Positions 33,666-43,786 of a DNA stretch of 64,000 bases are shown here, piece by piece. The notes beneath the pieces are model-generated. The model saw nothing but the letters and a program-made list of their open reading frames with translations, made no database searches and was not told the DNA's origin. The translations under genes and the position numbers were made by a program. The stretch lies in NCBI GenBank assembly GCA_900316755.1, contig ONED01000004.1, positions 713 to 64,712 of the forward strand, written 5' to 3'. Source of the DNA: an uncultured Eubacteriales bacterium (GTDB taxonomy: Bacteria > Bacillota > Clostridia > Lachnospirales > Lachnospiraceae). Position 1 is the first letter of the stretch. Each line of letters opens with the position of its first letter.

Positions 33666-36601
33666 TTTTCCAGACATATTCTTCCGCAAGATAACTTTAC
33701 GAAAGAATAGCTGTCCACATGGGTATCCTCCTCCGTAATCTGCGGATAAATAAAATCTGTAAATCCTTTTTTTCCCACAAAAGTCGGCACACCCACAAAA
33801 TGCGGATTTCCCATCCTGTGATGATGCGGTCCAAGGAGATTTCGGTTACTTCCATAAAGAACAATTTCCAATGTATTCGTACCCTCTTTCACACAGTCTG
33901 AAATTGGCAATCGATAGGGAGCACGATAAATGATTCCGGCGTACTTCCCATTTACAAAGACTTCTGCAGCCGTTCCCTGCATTCCATCAAGACAAAGCAC
34001 CTGCTTTTGTGACGTTTTCTCAAACGCAGCTTTGTACCTTATATTTCCGCGATAGAACCATAATCCCTGACGGGTCAGCTCACTACTATTTTTTTTGCTT
34101 GCATCTGTGAGAACAAATTCGCCGTCCACACGGATATCCTCAACCGCTTCCACTATCTGTCCCATGGCAGTCACATCAAAATCACCCCGGATATAAATAT
34201 TCTCAGGCTCAATATCGTAGAAGAAACGATTCCGATAGCCTTCAAATTCACCCTGTTCTTCTTCCTCCTGCGGGCGAAGGATTCCAAATTCCAGCCGCAC
34301 CTCATTGACTCCATTCTGCACATATCCCCCGATTGGGAATACATGGAAAGACTTATCCACCCACCAGCCGGCTTTTTGATTTAGAACTTCCACTCCATTA
34401 ATAAGCACCGAGGTAAGACCGTCACTCTCCGCAACCAGCGTCAGATTCTCAGGAATATTCGACTGAAAATCTGCCTGAAAACGATACAACAGCTCCACCT
34501 TCGTCTCCTCTGCCATCTGATAAGCACTCTCATATACCATATCGGCACAGGCTGCCGGCAACACATCCCTGCACAGCAGTTCTCCATTCAGGAAGATATC
34601 ACACTTGTCAATCGTCAGAGCATTTTCATCCTGCAATTCCACATTTGAAACCGGTATTTCCACGCAATGATAAGCTTCCTTTTCGCTTACTTTTTCTACC
34701 GGAGGAATATTTTTTACCACAAAACATCGACTTTCCGTCGGTGTCAGCACAAATGCCGCATAGCTGTACTCCCCATCAAAGATGCTCTCTATGCCTTCAA
34801 TCTCTCTGTTTCCTCTCACCTTCAGCCAAACCTTTTTCGTATCACTCCGAGAAGGATTCATACAGAAAACCCTCTGCTCTTTCTCCAAAACCCTTTTCGA
34901 AAGTACAATCCCCTGTGCCGCCTGACCGGAAAATCCGTCAATCACCGACACCTCATCCGTCTGATTGGTAACCAGAAAATATTTTTCCAACAACCCGCGG
35001 CGATTGTCAACAATCTCCCCGCAGATTCTATCTGCCTTATCCGAAGAATTCCCTTCGCACAAAACAGGACGTCGGTTGACAAATACCACATTTCCGCCGC
35101 TCTCTGACAATGTTTCCAATTGATGATAGGTAGCATCATCCAATGAAACACTATCCGGAACAAAGACAGTTGCACACGAAATATCCTCCCGAAGCACTTT
35201 TCCGTTCTCTATCCGGAATTTTCCGAATTCCTCTTCTGTCACGAGCAGAAAATCTTTCTGCAAATCCAAAAGATTCTCAACCAACAAGCGGAATTGATTG
35301 GAGATGTGGCGGGATTCATCCGAATGTCTTTTTGTCCCCGCAAGCAGACACCACATACTTGTAACCGGATATAGCACCAGCAACTGAATGTCCCGTCTTC
35401 CTTCACTCAGAAAACGATTCCTCTTCTCAATATGCCGGCTCACTGTCTGAAACACTTCCCACCATGGTTCCTGGTAGGAAAAGAACGCAGGATAATCCCG
35501 CTTGCGGCGTCCCTTCATGGAATATGCAGAGAGGTGCGTTACAATCGAATTAATTCCAAACGCCGCCTGCCAGTCTGCAATCCATGCAAGATCATTGAAA
35601 GTCACATCCCAGCCGCTGCACCCAAAGCTTTCACTCGTAATGATCTGTTTTCCGGCTAAATACGAACCGTCTGATACCTGTTTTACCAAAACCGGCGAAG
35701 TCAGCCTTCTCCCAAGGAAATCAATTCCCGGACGTTCCATATGACTATATTGTGCCAACAGATTATAGTTTGCATTGGTCTGTTCGCAAAGCCCGTCTTC
35801 GTTTGAAAAATGCCCTGTAAATATCAAATCATTTGCATTACACCACGCATTCAATTTTTCTGTAAAGCTTGACTTGAAAATTTCTGCAACCAATTTGGAA
35901 GCCTGATACTTAAACGGTGCATAGGAAAGACCGTCCCTGCAAAGCATCCACGCGCAGTCAAAAAAATCATAGCCGTAGGCTTCTCTGAATTTTTCCGGAT
36001 ACGCAAATGTGTAGGGGAACTTCCCGACTAACTGCGGTTCATCCGTAAAAATTCCCGGAATCACATTTCCGAAATATTCTCCCAGTTCCTCTTTATATTT
36101 TTCATGAGTAAAATGAATAAATGCATCCATGGCCTTCGGATTCAGCAAGTCAGCATATCCCTTTAATCTTCCGAGACAGCAGTACATATCCGCTTCAGCA
36201 TTTTCCGGTACTCTTCTATAATCGCCGTTCTCCAGCCGTTTGTAAGCTGCCAGTACTTCTCCGTCACCTGCACCCGGTGCATGACAGATAAAATATAAAT
36301 GCTTTGCCGTGTAATCATCTCCGAGAGCCGGAACCAGACCTCCCGCGAATCCACTCGGCCATCCGTTTTCATCATACAGCCATGCCTGCATATCCATTTT
36401 TTTAGCCTCTTCTACTGCAACCCGGCAGGCATGTATCCAATCATCTCCGAGATATTGAAGTGTCATCCCTGCCCTTGCATGCATATAAAAGCCACCATAC
36501 CCTTGTTCTTTTAACTGGTGAATCTGGCTTTTGATTTCCATATCTTCCATGTCACCGTTAAAGCTCCAAAAAGATAATGGTCTAAAATCCATATTCTTCA
36601 T
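33659..36601 (-). CDS. GH106-like glycoside hydrolase (putative alpha-L-rhamnosidase family), cytoplasmic
   Basis: FWSFNG..., GYGGFYMHARAG, WLYDENGWPSGFAGG, IFTDEP, ESFGCSGW, HLSAYS.KGRRKRDYP; no signal peptide. Confidence 0.75.
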   Translation of the reverse strand: MKNMDFRPLSFWSFNGDMEDMEIKSQIHQLKEQGYGGFYMHARAGMTLQYLGDDWIHACRVAVEEAKKMDMQAWLYDENGWPSGFAGGLVPALGDDYTAKHLYFICHAPGAGDGEVLAAYKRLENGDYRRVPENAEADMYCCLGRLKGYADLLNPKAMDAFIHFTHEKYKEELGEYFGNVIPGIFTDEPQLVGKFPYTFAYPEKFREAYGYDFFDCAWMLCRDGLSYAPFKYQASKLVAEIFKSSFTEKLNAWCNANDLIFTGHFSNEDGLCEQTNANYNLLAQYSHMERPGIDFLGRRLTSPVLVKQVSDGSYLAGKQIITSESFGCSGWDVTFNDLAWIADWQAAFGINSIVTHLSAYSMKGRRKRDYPAFFSYQEPWWEVFQTVSRHIEKRNRFLSEGRRDIQLLVLYPVTSMWCLLAGTKRHSDESRHISNQFRLLVENLLDLQKDFLLVTEEEFGKFRIENGKVLREDISCATVFVPDSVSLDDATYHQLETLSESGGNVVFVNRRPVLCEGNSSDKADRICGEIVDNRRGLLEKYFLVTNQTDEVSVIDGFSGQAAQGIVLSKRVLEKEQRVFCMNPSRSDTKKVWLKVRGNREIEGIESIFDGEYSYAAFVLTPTESRCFVVKNIPPVEKVSEKEAYHCVEIPVSNVELQDENALTIDKCDIFLNGELLCRDVLPAACADMVYESAYQMAEETKVELLYRFQADFQSNIPENLTLVAESDGLTSVLINGVEVLNQKAGWWVDKSFHVFPIGGYVQNGVNEVRLEFGILRPQEEEEQGEFEGYRNRFFYDIEPENIYIRGDFDVTAMGQIVEAVEDIRVDGEFVLTDASKKNSSELTRQGLWFYRGNIRYKAAFEKTSQKQVLCLDGMQGTAAEVFVNGKYAGIIYRAPYRLPISDCVKEGTNTLEIVLYGSNRNLLGPHHHRMGNPHFVGVPTFVGKKGFTDFIYPQITEEDTHVDSYSFVKLSCGRICLENG

Positions 36602-36639
36602 TTTCTCCTTTTCCCTCTGCCTTTCCCTATATTATATAG

Positions 36640-36664
36640 AAAGACCCGATAAAACCGGGTCTTT
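36640..36664 (-). terminator. Hairpin after the 1556-aa GH13 gene
   Basis: aaagacccg (36640-36648) / cgggtcttt (36656-36664). Confidence 0.65.
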
Positions 36665-36681
36665 CCTCTTACACTTGTCCT

Positions 36682-39600
36682 TTATGAAAGTGGCTTAATT
36701 GTAAATTCATCAATCTCCAGATTTACGTATTCGGAATGCAATGCAACGTATCCGTTCTGTACATCCTTCAGCGGTCCGCTGAACAATTCTGTACCATTGA
36801 AACTGATGGTCACGGTATTTCCGGATACCCTCATTTTCATTTCAAACCAGTCGTCCAGACCATCCACGTACGTATTCCAATCATTCATGTGTACTCCTGA
36901 ATCCACCAGATTTACAAATCCGTTTCCGTAGATAGTAAATACCACTCCGTTCTCTCTCCCCGCATAAACATTCTGCTTACCGGTACTGATACTGATGCTG
37001 CTTCCAAGATCTTTTGCATAATCCGTAAACCGCACCTTCATGCTCACTTCTACATTCTTATACAGACCACTTGTTACAGTTGCGATATTCCAGCCTCGAA
37101 TCAATGATTCTGCCTTCAGTTTGCCATCTTCGATAAACCAGTCAGCACCTTCCGCCTTAATCTTATAGAAGTTTTCATTCCATCCGCTATAGCTTGAAAA
37201 ATCATCTGAGAATGCCTTTCCGTCACTCTTTGCCACATCCATGGTGTATCTCTTCACAGGTGCCACGCCTCTCCATGTCTTCACAATGTCAAGACTTTCG
37301 ATATCCGCAACTCCCGTAATGTCACGGACGGAAGTATTATAGAAGAACGTCGTTCCGCCACTGCTATACAAACTTACCGCACCGCCATTTGGCTTTTCTG
37401 TCTCAACCGACAGCACCGGTTCTGTGGACTGATTTGCATAAATATCATATTTCCCGTTGCGGAATACGACCATAAGGCTTAAGCTTTCCAATGCCTCGGG
37501 CTCTGCCAGCGTTGCTCTTCCAAGGCTCTTTTCTCCTTCTTTTGCCTCCAACACACCCTTCTTGTAGTTATACAAAAGTGTCACACCACCATAGATACTC
37601 TTTCTTCCGAAAGAACCACCAAGAATCGCACCTATCTGGTTTTCTTGCTTCTCATCAGTCATCAAAGTATCTGCCTGGAAAGTCACAATCCCTTCTGTGA
37701 GTCCCACACCCTCCAAGGAAACAAGAGAATCTCCTTGCACCATTTCTATTGCATTTGTAGTACCCATGACGGTCTTTGTCGCATTCCATACACTATCAAG
37801 CGCTGTGATATCATAGTTTGTAAATGCTGCCTTCGCATGATCCGTGTAATAAGACACATATCCTTTTTCAAATGTCGTATCGTAAACAGAAAGCACTAAT
37901 TTCGCATCTGTACCTGCAAATACATGCAGATATCCGTTTTCCCTGCGTACCACCAAGCGGGTTGTCGCTTCCTTAGAGTCCAGTTTACAAGAGCCCAGTT
38001 CTTTTCCGTTCAAAGTAACCGTCAATTCCTTGGCTTTATTCACTGCGACCTGATAGCAATCTTTCAAATCATTCTGATTCGTCTGTTTTCCAATCAGGAT
38101 ACCTGCCGTACCACTACCACCCTTGAAGGTAATCGTGGTCTCCGCCTTCACAGCTTCAAACAGCTTATTCTCACAGAGGAGAAGCGCAACTCCCTCGTCA
38201 CTGGTCTGTTCGTATCCTGCTCCAATATCCTCCCAGGAGTCCTGATTCCCCACATATGCCATCTTGTCGCCTTCCACATTCTGAAGTACGTCAGCATAGC
38301 TTGTATTGATATCACCCAGCGTCATCGGCGTGTTGGTGGTTACCTTGTCCTCAATGCTATTTCCAAAGCAGGCATACTCGAATTCCACCTTTGCATTCAG
38401 GGCACATACCCCTGCATACATTCCGGTATAATTGCTGTAAATGCTCTTCCCTACCGCAAACCATGCTTCATTGTCATAGCTTGCAACTGCGGTATAGAGG
38501 CTTCCAATTCTCTGTAATTGCAGAGTCACTTCCTTATCCGGCTCAGAATCCTTCACATAACCATTCATCTGCCATTTTCCGCCTATGAGCTTTGCAAATG
38601 CAATGACAGGCTCCCCTTCTTCCAGTGTTCTCACCAACAAAACAGCATCCTCTTCATCTGTCATGCTCATAACACCGGCCACCGATGTCTTTGCCTTTTT
38701 ATCTAATGTAACCTTGCCTACCTTTGATTTAAAGGTAAAGTCAGAAGAATGTGCATTTGCATCTGCATAAACCAATTCGTCTTTCACAGATTCGATGGTA
38801 AGCTTTCCATCCTTTAGCTCCATCCCCTCTGCAAGCGTTCCAAACATAGAGCCGAATCCATCCTGGTCAAATTCATCACAAATTTGGGCTTCTGTCTCTG
38901 TAAGAACCACCTGACTGAATTCAACCGTCCCCTTTAAGGCTGTCATACCTGCAAACATGGCTTCCGGAAGTGCTGCATAGCTTGCACTCTCTTCCACAAG
39001 AATCCATTCTGCTTCTTCATTTTCCCGGTAGAAAGTCACAAACCGATTGCCGTTTTCTCTCGCAATCCGAATCTGTGCATGTCTTGGTATCGTGACAGAG
39101 GTCACTTCAGACACCTTTCCACCATTCTTCTCTCTTACCTGTACTGTCAGTTTATCCTTTTGTACCACTGCCGCATAGAATGCACTGTCCTTCTCTATGG
39201 AAGCTCGGAACATGAGGGCTGCCTGCGCATTTTTGTCTGCTACAATGCCAGCTTCAAAAGCAACATTATTGAATACTTTTACAGTTGCAAGACCGATGGA
39301 ATCTTTTTTCTCTTTCAGTACGCCCTTTCCGGTCACTTCAAAAACATTCTGGTCTTTCTGGAGCACCTCGATCTCTTTTCCAATATTGGTAATCGTGTAT
39401 TTGCCGCGATTTTCACTGCTTTTCTTATCCGTAACAAGTAAGGTACCACCCGAAATCACATCTACTGTAACTTTTCCGTCCTTCACCTTGTAGGTTGCAC
39501 CTGTTAAGTAATCGGTAAGTGTCTGTCCGTCTTTTACATTATAACGGCTGACGTTGATTTCTTTTTCCAGAGTCTTGCCCTGCTTATTACATAATGTAAT

Positions 39601-41352
39601 TGCAGAACCATCTTCATCGAATCGTCCAAATACCAGGAACAATTCACTGTCTTCCACTTCACCCTGACAAATAGCACCGCTTCTTAGACAGCTATATTCC
39701 TGTCTGGCTTTTCCCAGTGTTCTCACCAGATTCAAAATATCATAGTTCCACTCTGATTCATCCCAGTTAAAGCCGGAATAACGTTGATCATGGTTGGCTC
39801 CGTTGGTAACTCCAATCTCGTCCCCAAAATAGACTACCGGGGAACCCAGATAAGTCATCTGGAGCAGCAATGCTGCACTGATATCATTCTTCTGCGCTTC
39901 CGTATCGTCCCACAGACGTATCACGTCATGCTGACCAAGGAAATTGTAGGAAGAAAGAGCTCTTGGTCTTGCAGTATTGATTAAGTTGTCCTGCAAAACC
40001 TTCAACATCTCAGATCCGGTAGACGTTCCACTGAACCACTTTTTCATCGCAAAATATCCGTTTTTCTGCCATGAAGAATCAAATAACGTATTGTACTGGT
40101 CTGCAATCCCTGTACAGTTTTCCGCCAGCACCAGCTTATCTTCCGATACGTTCTTAATGGATGCAATAATCTTCTCAAAATATTCTTCCGGCTCGTATTC
40201 AAATCCCAGATTACCGACACTTTCCTCTGCATCGAACCGGTAGCCGTCCAGCCCATACGCTTTGCTCATATACCGGAGTACCATGGAGTCTGTATTCAGA
40301 TAAATCAGCTTTGCGGCTTCCTCATCTGCCACATTCAGTCCCATAGAACCCCATATCTTTACTGCGTTATATGGCCATTCAGGGAAACGGAACAGATTAT
40401 AATACTGACTGTCCTGAGACTGATATGCTCCGTCCTCCGGGAATAATCTCAATGCATTAAAATACTTCGAGTAATTGGTGGCATAAGAGATAATCATATC
40501 TGTTGTAATTTTCATATCTCTGTCATGCACATTTTGAATCAATGCTTTTAGCTCTTCTTCTGTGCCGAATGCCGTCTCTACTGCAGCCATATTATCCGTA
40601 CCGAATCCTACGGTCTCAGAAGCACTGAAATAAGGTCCCAATGCCAGAGAAGTCACACCAAGTCCCTGAATATAATCTAACTTTTCCTGTACCCCGGCAA
40701 GGTCACCGCTTCCACGGTACATCGCCGTACTATCATTTCCATAAGTACTATCCTTTACCAGATATTCCCGCTGCAAATCATTGCTGGTGTCTCCGTTAAA
40801 GAACTGACCGGTATGTACATAATACCACATGGTTCCCTGAGACCATTCCGGTGTATCAAATCCGGGTATCACATAGAACATTTCTTCCTTGTCCATCTGA
40901 TAGGACTTTGCCCCTTCCACTCCAAGGTAGGTCGTCATATCGGATTCATTTGACACCGCAAACCGATAAAAATACGGCTCACTCTGTGCAGGAATCTTTC
41001 CCACCCAGAGGTCATAATAACCTGTCTCATCCGGTTTTTCATACTTCATTTCATAGCACTTCCACGTGGTTCCTTTATCTAAGGTCACCTGGATTTGCGC
41101 CTTCGTCACACCGTAACGACTGCACCGCATACGAATTGTTACATCATCTTTTTCTGTAGGGGCAACCGGCTGCATATAAATATCCCCTTGGTCATGGAAC
41201 AATTCCAGGTCTTCTGAGACCTTTCCTGCCGCCATCATTGCCTTTTCCTGTCTGTAAGCATTCCATGAGAAGAAAGCATATACGCCATATCCAAGAACAG
41301 CAGCAGCGCAAATGACACAAACTGCAATCTTAGCTATTTTCTTTTTTGTCAT
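36682..41352 (-). CDS. Membrane-anchored/exported multimodular GH13 enzyme (paralogue of the 27980 gene), 1556 aa, with several ConA/LamG-like domains
   Basis: LFHDQGDIY, FDTPEWSQGTMWY.V..GQFFNGD, SGDLAGV.EKLDYIQGLG, catalytic YRFDAE / LAEN / QHDVIR; N-terminal TM segment. Confidence 0.85.
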   Translation of the reverse strand: MTKKKIAKIAVCVICAAAVLGYGVYAFFSWNAYRQEKAMMAAGKVSEDLELFHDQGDIYMQPVAPTEKDDVTIRMRCSRYGVTKAQIQVTLDKGTTWKCYEMKYEKPDETGYYDLWVGKIPAQSEPYFYRFAVSNESDMTTYLGVEGAKSYQMDKEEMFYVIPGFDTPEWSQGTMWYYVHTGQFFNGDTSNDLQREYLVKDSTYGNDSTAMYRGSGDLAGVQEKLDYIQGLGVTSLALGPYFSASETVGFGTDNMAAVETAFGTEEELKALIQNVHDRDMKITTDMIISYATNYSKYFNALRLFPEDGAYQSQDSQYYNLFRFPEWPYNAVKIWGSMGLNVADEEAAKLIYLNTDSMVLRYMSKAYGLDGYRFDAEESVGNLGFEYEPEEYFEKIIASIKNVSEDKLVLAENCTGIADQYNTLFDSSWQKNGYFAMKKWFSGTSTGSEMLKVLQDNLINTARPRALSSYNFLGQHDVIRLWDDTEAQKNDISAALLLQMTYLGSPVVYFGDEIGVTNGANHDQRYSGFNWDESEWNYDILNLVRTLGKARQEYSCLRSGAICQGEVEDSELFLVFGRFDEDGSAITLCNKQGKTLEKEINVSRYNVKDGQTLTDYLTGATYKVKDGKVTVDVISGGTLLVTDKKSSENRGKYTITNIGKEIEVLQKDQNVFEVTGKGVLKEKKDSIGLATVKVFNNVAFEAGIVADKNAQAALMFRASIEKDSAFYAAVVQKDKLTVQVREKNGGKVSEVTSVTIPRHAQIRIARENGNRFVTFYRENEEAEWILVEESASYAALPEAMFAGMTALKGTVEFSQVVLTETEAQICDEFDQDGFGSMFGTLAEGMELKDGKLTIESVKDELVYADANAHSSDFTFKSKVGKVTLDKKAKTSVAGVMSMTDEEDAVLLVRTLEEGEPVIAFAKLIGGKWQMNGYVKDSEPDKEVTLQLQRIGSLYTAVASYDNEAWFAVGKSIYSNYTGMYAGVCALNAKVEFEYACFGNSIEDKVTTNTPMTLGDINTSYADVLQNVEGDKMAYVGNQDSWEDIGAGYEQTSDEGVALLLCENKLFEAVKAETTITFKGGSGTAGILIGKQTNQNDLKDCYQVAVNKAKELTVTLNGKELGSCKLDSKEATTRLVVRRENGYLHVFAGTDAKLVLSVYDTTFEKGYVSYYTDHAKAAFTNYDITALDSVWNATKTVMGTTNAIEMVQGDSLVSLEGVGLTEGIVTFQADTLMTDEKQENQIGAILGGSFGRKSIYGGVTLLYNYKKGVLEAKEGEKSLGRATLAEPEALESLSLMVVFRNGKYDIYANQSTEPVLSVETEKPNGGAVSLYSSGGTTFFYNTSVRDITGVADIESLDIVKTWRGVAPVKRYTMDVAKSDGKAFSDDFSSYSGWNENFYKIKAEGADWFIEDGKLKAESLIRGWNIATVTSGLYKNVEVSMKVRFTDYAKDLGSSISISTGKQNVYAGRENGVVFTIYGNGFVNLVDSGVHMNDWNTYVDGLDDWFEMKMRVSGNTVTISFNGTELFSGPLKDVQNGYVALHSEYVNLEIDEFTIKPLS

Positions 41353-43771
41353 GATAAACTGCCTCCTCTCCTTTTGTTTTCTTCCTGAAAGATTTCTTTT
41401 TTAGGTTGAAGACGAATACAACAACCGTAATCGCTGCTACCACAAGTAATAACACCAGCGCAATCACAAACGTCTTCTTTTTTGCATCTACGCGATCCTG
41501 TGCGGAAATCCCCTTCACATCATACAGAGTATCTCCAATCAGTTTAAAACTCTCCGTTTCTGCCTCTTCAAGCTCAGGCTCTGTGGGGTTGCTCAGATTA
41601 TATAGCTGGATATCTTTCACATCACAGCGAACCCTGCTGCTTTCAAATTCCAGCAGGAACGGATATTCCGGCAGTTCATCGTAGTATACCACAGGCTCTC
41701 CGTTAATCCACAGTTTCATTTTCCCCTGTTCGCAAAGCATCGTCACCTGATACTCTTTATTAAGCTCCGGTTCAAAAGTAGTCAGATAGTCCGTCGGAGC
41801 CGCATTATTATTCGCCCAAGACAATTTTGCACACTGACGGGTCATAAATGCAAACTGCGTACTATTTCTCGTCTTTTGTCCATTTCCGCCAATCGTATAT
41901 CCTGAAAAAGTAATACGGAGTCCCATCCATCCTGCGGTTGGTGTTTCGTAATAATACTCATATGGGATATAAGTAAACTTAATTAAATAGGTATCATCCG
42001 GTTTGATACCTTCAATTCCGTCGAATGGCGTCGTAACGTACTCTCCTGCTTCTTTGAAGGTAATCTTATGATTCAATGCATCATAATCTACCATGTTCCG
42101 ATTCGCAGCCGGAACATTAAGCGTACCTGTAGAAATCAGATTCACATAATCTTTCCGGACACCCGGAACTTCATCCTTCAAAAACAGGTAAGCGGCATCT
42201 CCCTTTTCTCTAAGGAAGGCTATCGCGCGTTCCAACCGTTCCAGCTTATTATAATTCGGAACATACTTTTGCTGCTCCTTGGAAAGTGCATCATAGGACT
42301 CCCGAATACGCCCAATCTCACCTGCATCAGCTAATGTTACATCCTTTAACTTTGGAAGGTCAAAGATTGCAACACGAATCTTATCTCCCACCGCATAGGT
42401 ATTCTGGTTGCTCCAGACGCGGATATTGCTAATGGTTCCCTCTGCCTGATCTTTTGAGAACGTAAACCCGGTGACTGTCTGAATACAATCCGGTTTTCCG
42501 GAAATTTTTGTCATGTAATCCGGCACCTCGTACTTCACTTCATCAATCCACAACGTCAGGGAGGTTGGACTGCTTTCTACGGTAATCACATGACTGCCTT
42601 CATAGATATTGGTCGCATAATTCACCCAGTCGCTCAACCGATTCTGCCTACTGTCCAACACAACGGCTGATCTTTTGAACATTCTAAGTGAGATATTTCC
42701 CGTCACACTCTTCCCATCAACTGTGTGCTGCTGATTCCTCAAAACAACATCAAAACAGTTACTGTCCTTTGCCATATTCACGACAAATTGGATATAATAA
42801 GTTGCTGTTCTGCCGATGTTGCTCTCAAACAGAAATTTTTCTGTCGACTCTTTCCTATGTGAAATCACGCCATCCGGGAAGACTTCCGAAAAAGCCCCTT
42901 CCTCAGTCCCGCTTACCTCAACGTAATAATTCTTTTCACCGCTTCCGCTTGTCTTCAAAAGCTGCTGCAGCTTGTCGTAGTTCGTTACATATGCTTTTTC
43001 CGTGTCGCTAAGCGCATCGTAAGCTTCTTTTGCTTTCTGTACATTGCTTGCGTCCGATGCTTTCAATGACACCGTATCCGGAAGGCTTTCTATCTTCTGC
43101 ACTACCCTGTCTGCAGGCATGACCGGATTTTCATCCGCTCCGTTATTCCACACACAGATATTCTTAATCGTACCTTCATTGTATCCTGCCATAGTTACTG
43201 CCGGACACGCGTAATTAGAAGTCAAATCTGATACATCCTGATTCAGATACAGTGCATTTGCTCTATCGCCGTCTACCCACAGTTCAAAACTGTCCGGAGT
43301 GGAGCGTACTACGACCGTGTGCCACTTGTTATCCTCCACGTTTTTAAAATCACTCCACGACTTTGCGCCGACACCCTTTCCTCCCACCTGCAGGGTTCCC
43401 TTGTTGGCAAAAAGATGGAATTGCATATTGCCGGTTACTGTCTCTCCCTTAATCTTACAGCTCGCATTCCTCAAACGGATGACCCAGCTGTGTGACTTGC
43501 TAAACTTCACCTGCATGGACATATAAAATGTCGCATTCCGGGTCAGCCTGCTGTCATTCACTTCGTATGTAGCTGTAGGAGTTCCCTCTCCCTTGTGCTC
43601 CAGCACGATACCGGCGCCTTCGCCGCCGGTGTAATCCACATCTTTCGTGCTGTCAAAAGAGCGGGCTGATGCCGCGTCTGCATGCATCGTCTCCCATGGG
43701 GAAAGTACAAAACACATGACAATAGCCAATGCACAAACCTTTTTGAGCCATATTTTAGCACTTATTTTCAT
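41330..43771 (-). CDS. Exported, C-terminally membrane-anchored protein with three divergent beta-sandwich modules and two helical spacer repeats
   Basis: Signal peptide; modules end KNICVWN, SNIRVWS, KDIQLYN; helical repeats AKEAYDALSDTEKAYVTNYDKL / IRESYDALSKEQQKYVPNYNKL; C-terminal TM plus KKKSFRKK. Start MKISA (ORF track starts at 43780). Confidence 0.8.
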   Translation of the reverse strand: MKISAKIWLKKVCALAIVMCFVLSPWETMHADAASARSFDSTKDVDYTGGEGAGIVLEHKGEGTPTATYEVNDSRLTRNATFYMSMQVKFSKSHSWVIRLRNASCKIKGETVTGNMQFHLFANKGTLQVGGKGVGAKSWSDFKNVEDNKWHTVVVRSTPDSFELWVDGDRANALYLNQDVSDLTSNYACPAVTMAGYNEGTIKNICVWNNGADENPVMPADRVVQKIESLPDTVSLKASDASNVQKAKEAYDALSDTEKAYVTNYDKLQQLLKTSGSGEKNYYVEVSGTEEGAFSEVFPDGVISHRKESTEKFLFESNIGRTATYYIQFVVNMAKDSNCFDVVLRNQQHTVDGKSVTGNISLRMFKRSAVVLDSRQNRLSDWVNYATNIYEGSHVITVESSPTSLTLWIDEVKYEVPDYMTKISGKPDCIQTVTGFTFSKDQAEGTISNIRVWSNQNTYAVGDKIRVAIFDLPKLKDVTLADAGEIGRIRESYDALSKEQQKYVPNYNKLERLERAIAFLREKGDAAYLFLKDEVPGVRKDYVNLISTGTLNVPAANRNMVDYDALNHKITFKEAGEYVTTPFDGIEGIKPDDTYLIKFTYIPYEYYYETPTAGWMGLRITFSGYTIGGNGQKTRNSTQFAFMTRQCAKLSWANNNAAPTDYLTTFEPELNKEYQVTMLCEQGKMKLWINGEPVVYYDELPEYPFLLEFESSRVRCDVKDIQLYNLSNPTEPELEEAETESFKLIGDTLYDVKGISAQDRVDAKKKTFVIALVLLLVVAAITVVVFVFNLKKKSFRKKTKGEEAVYHDKKENS

Positions 43772-43786
43772 GTGCGCCATTCCTCC

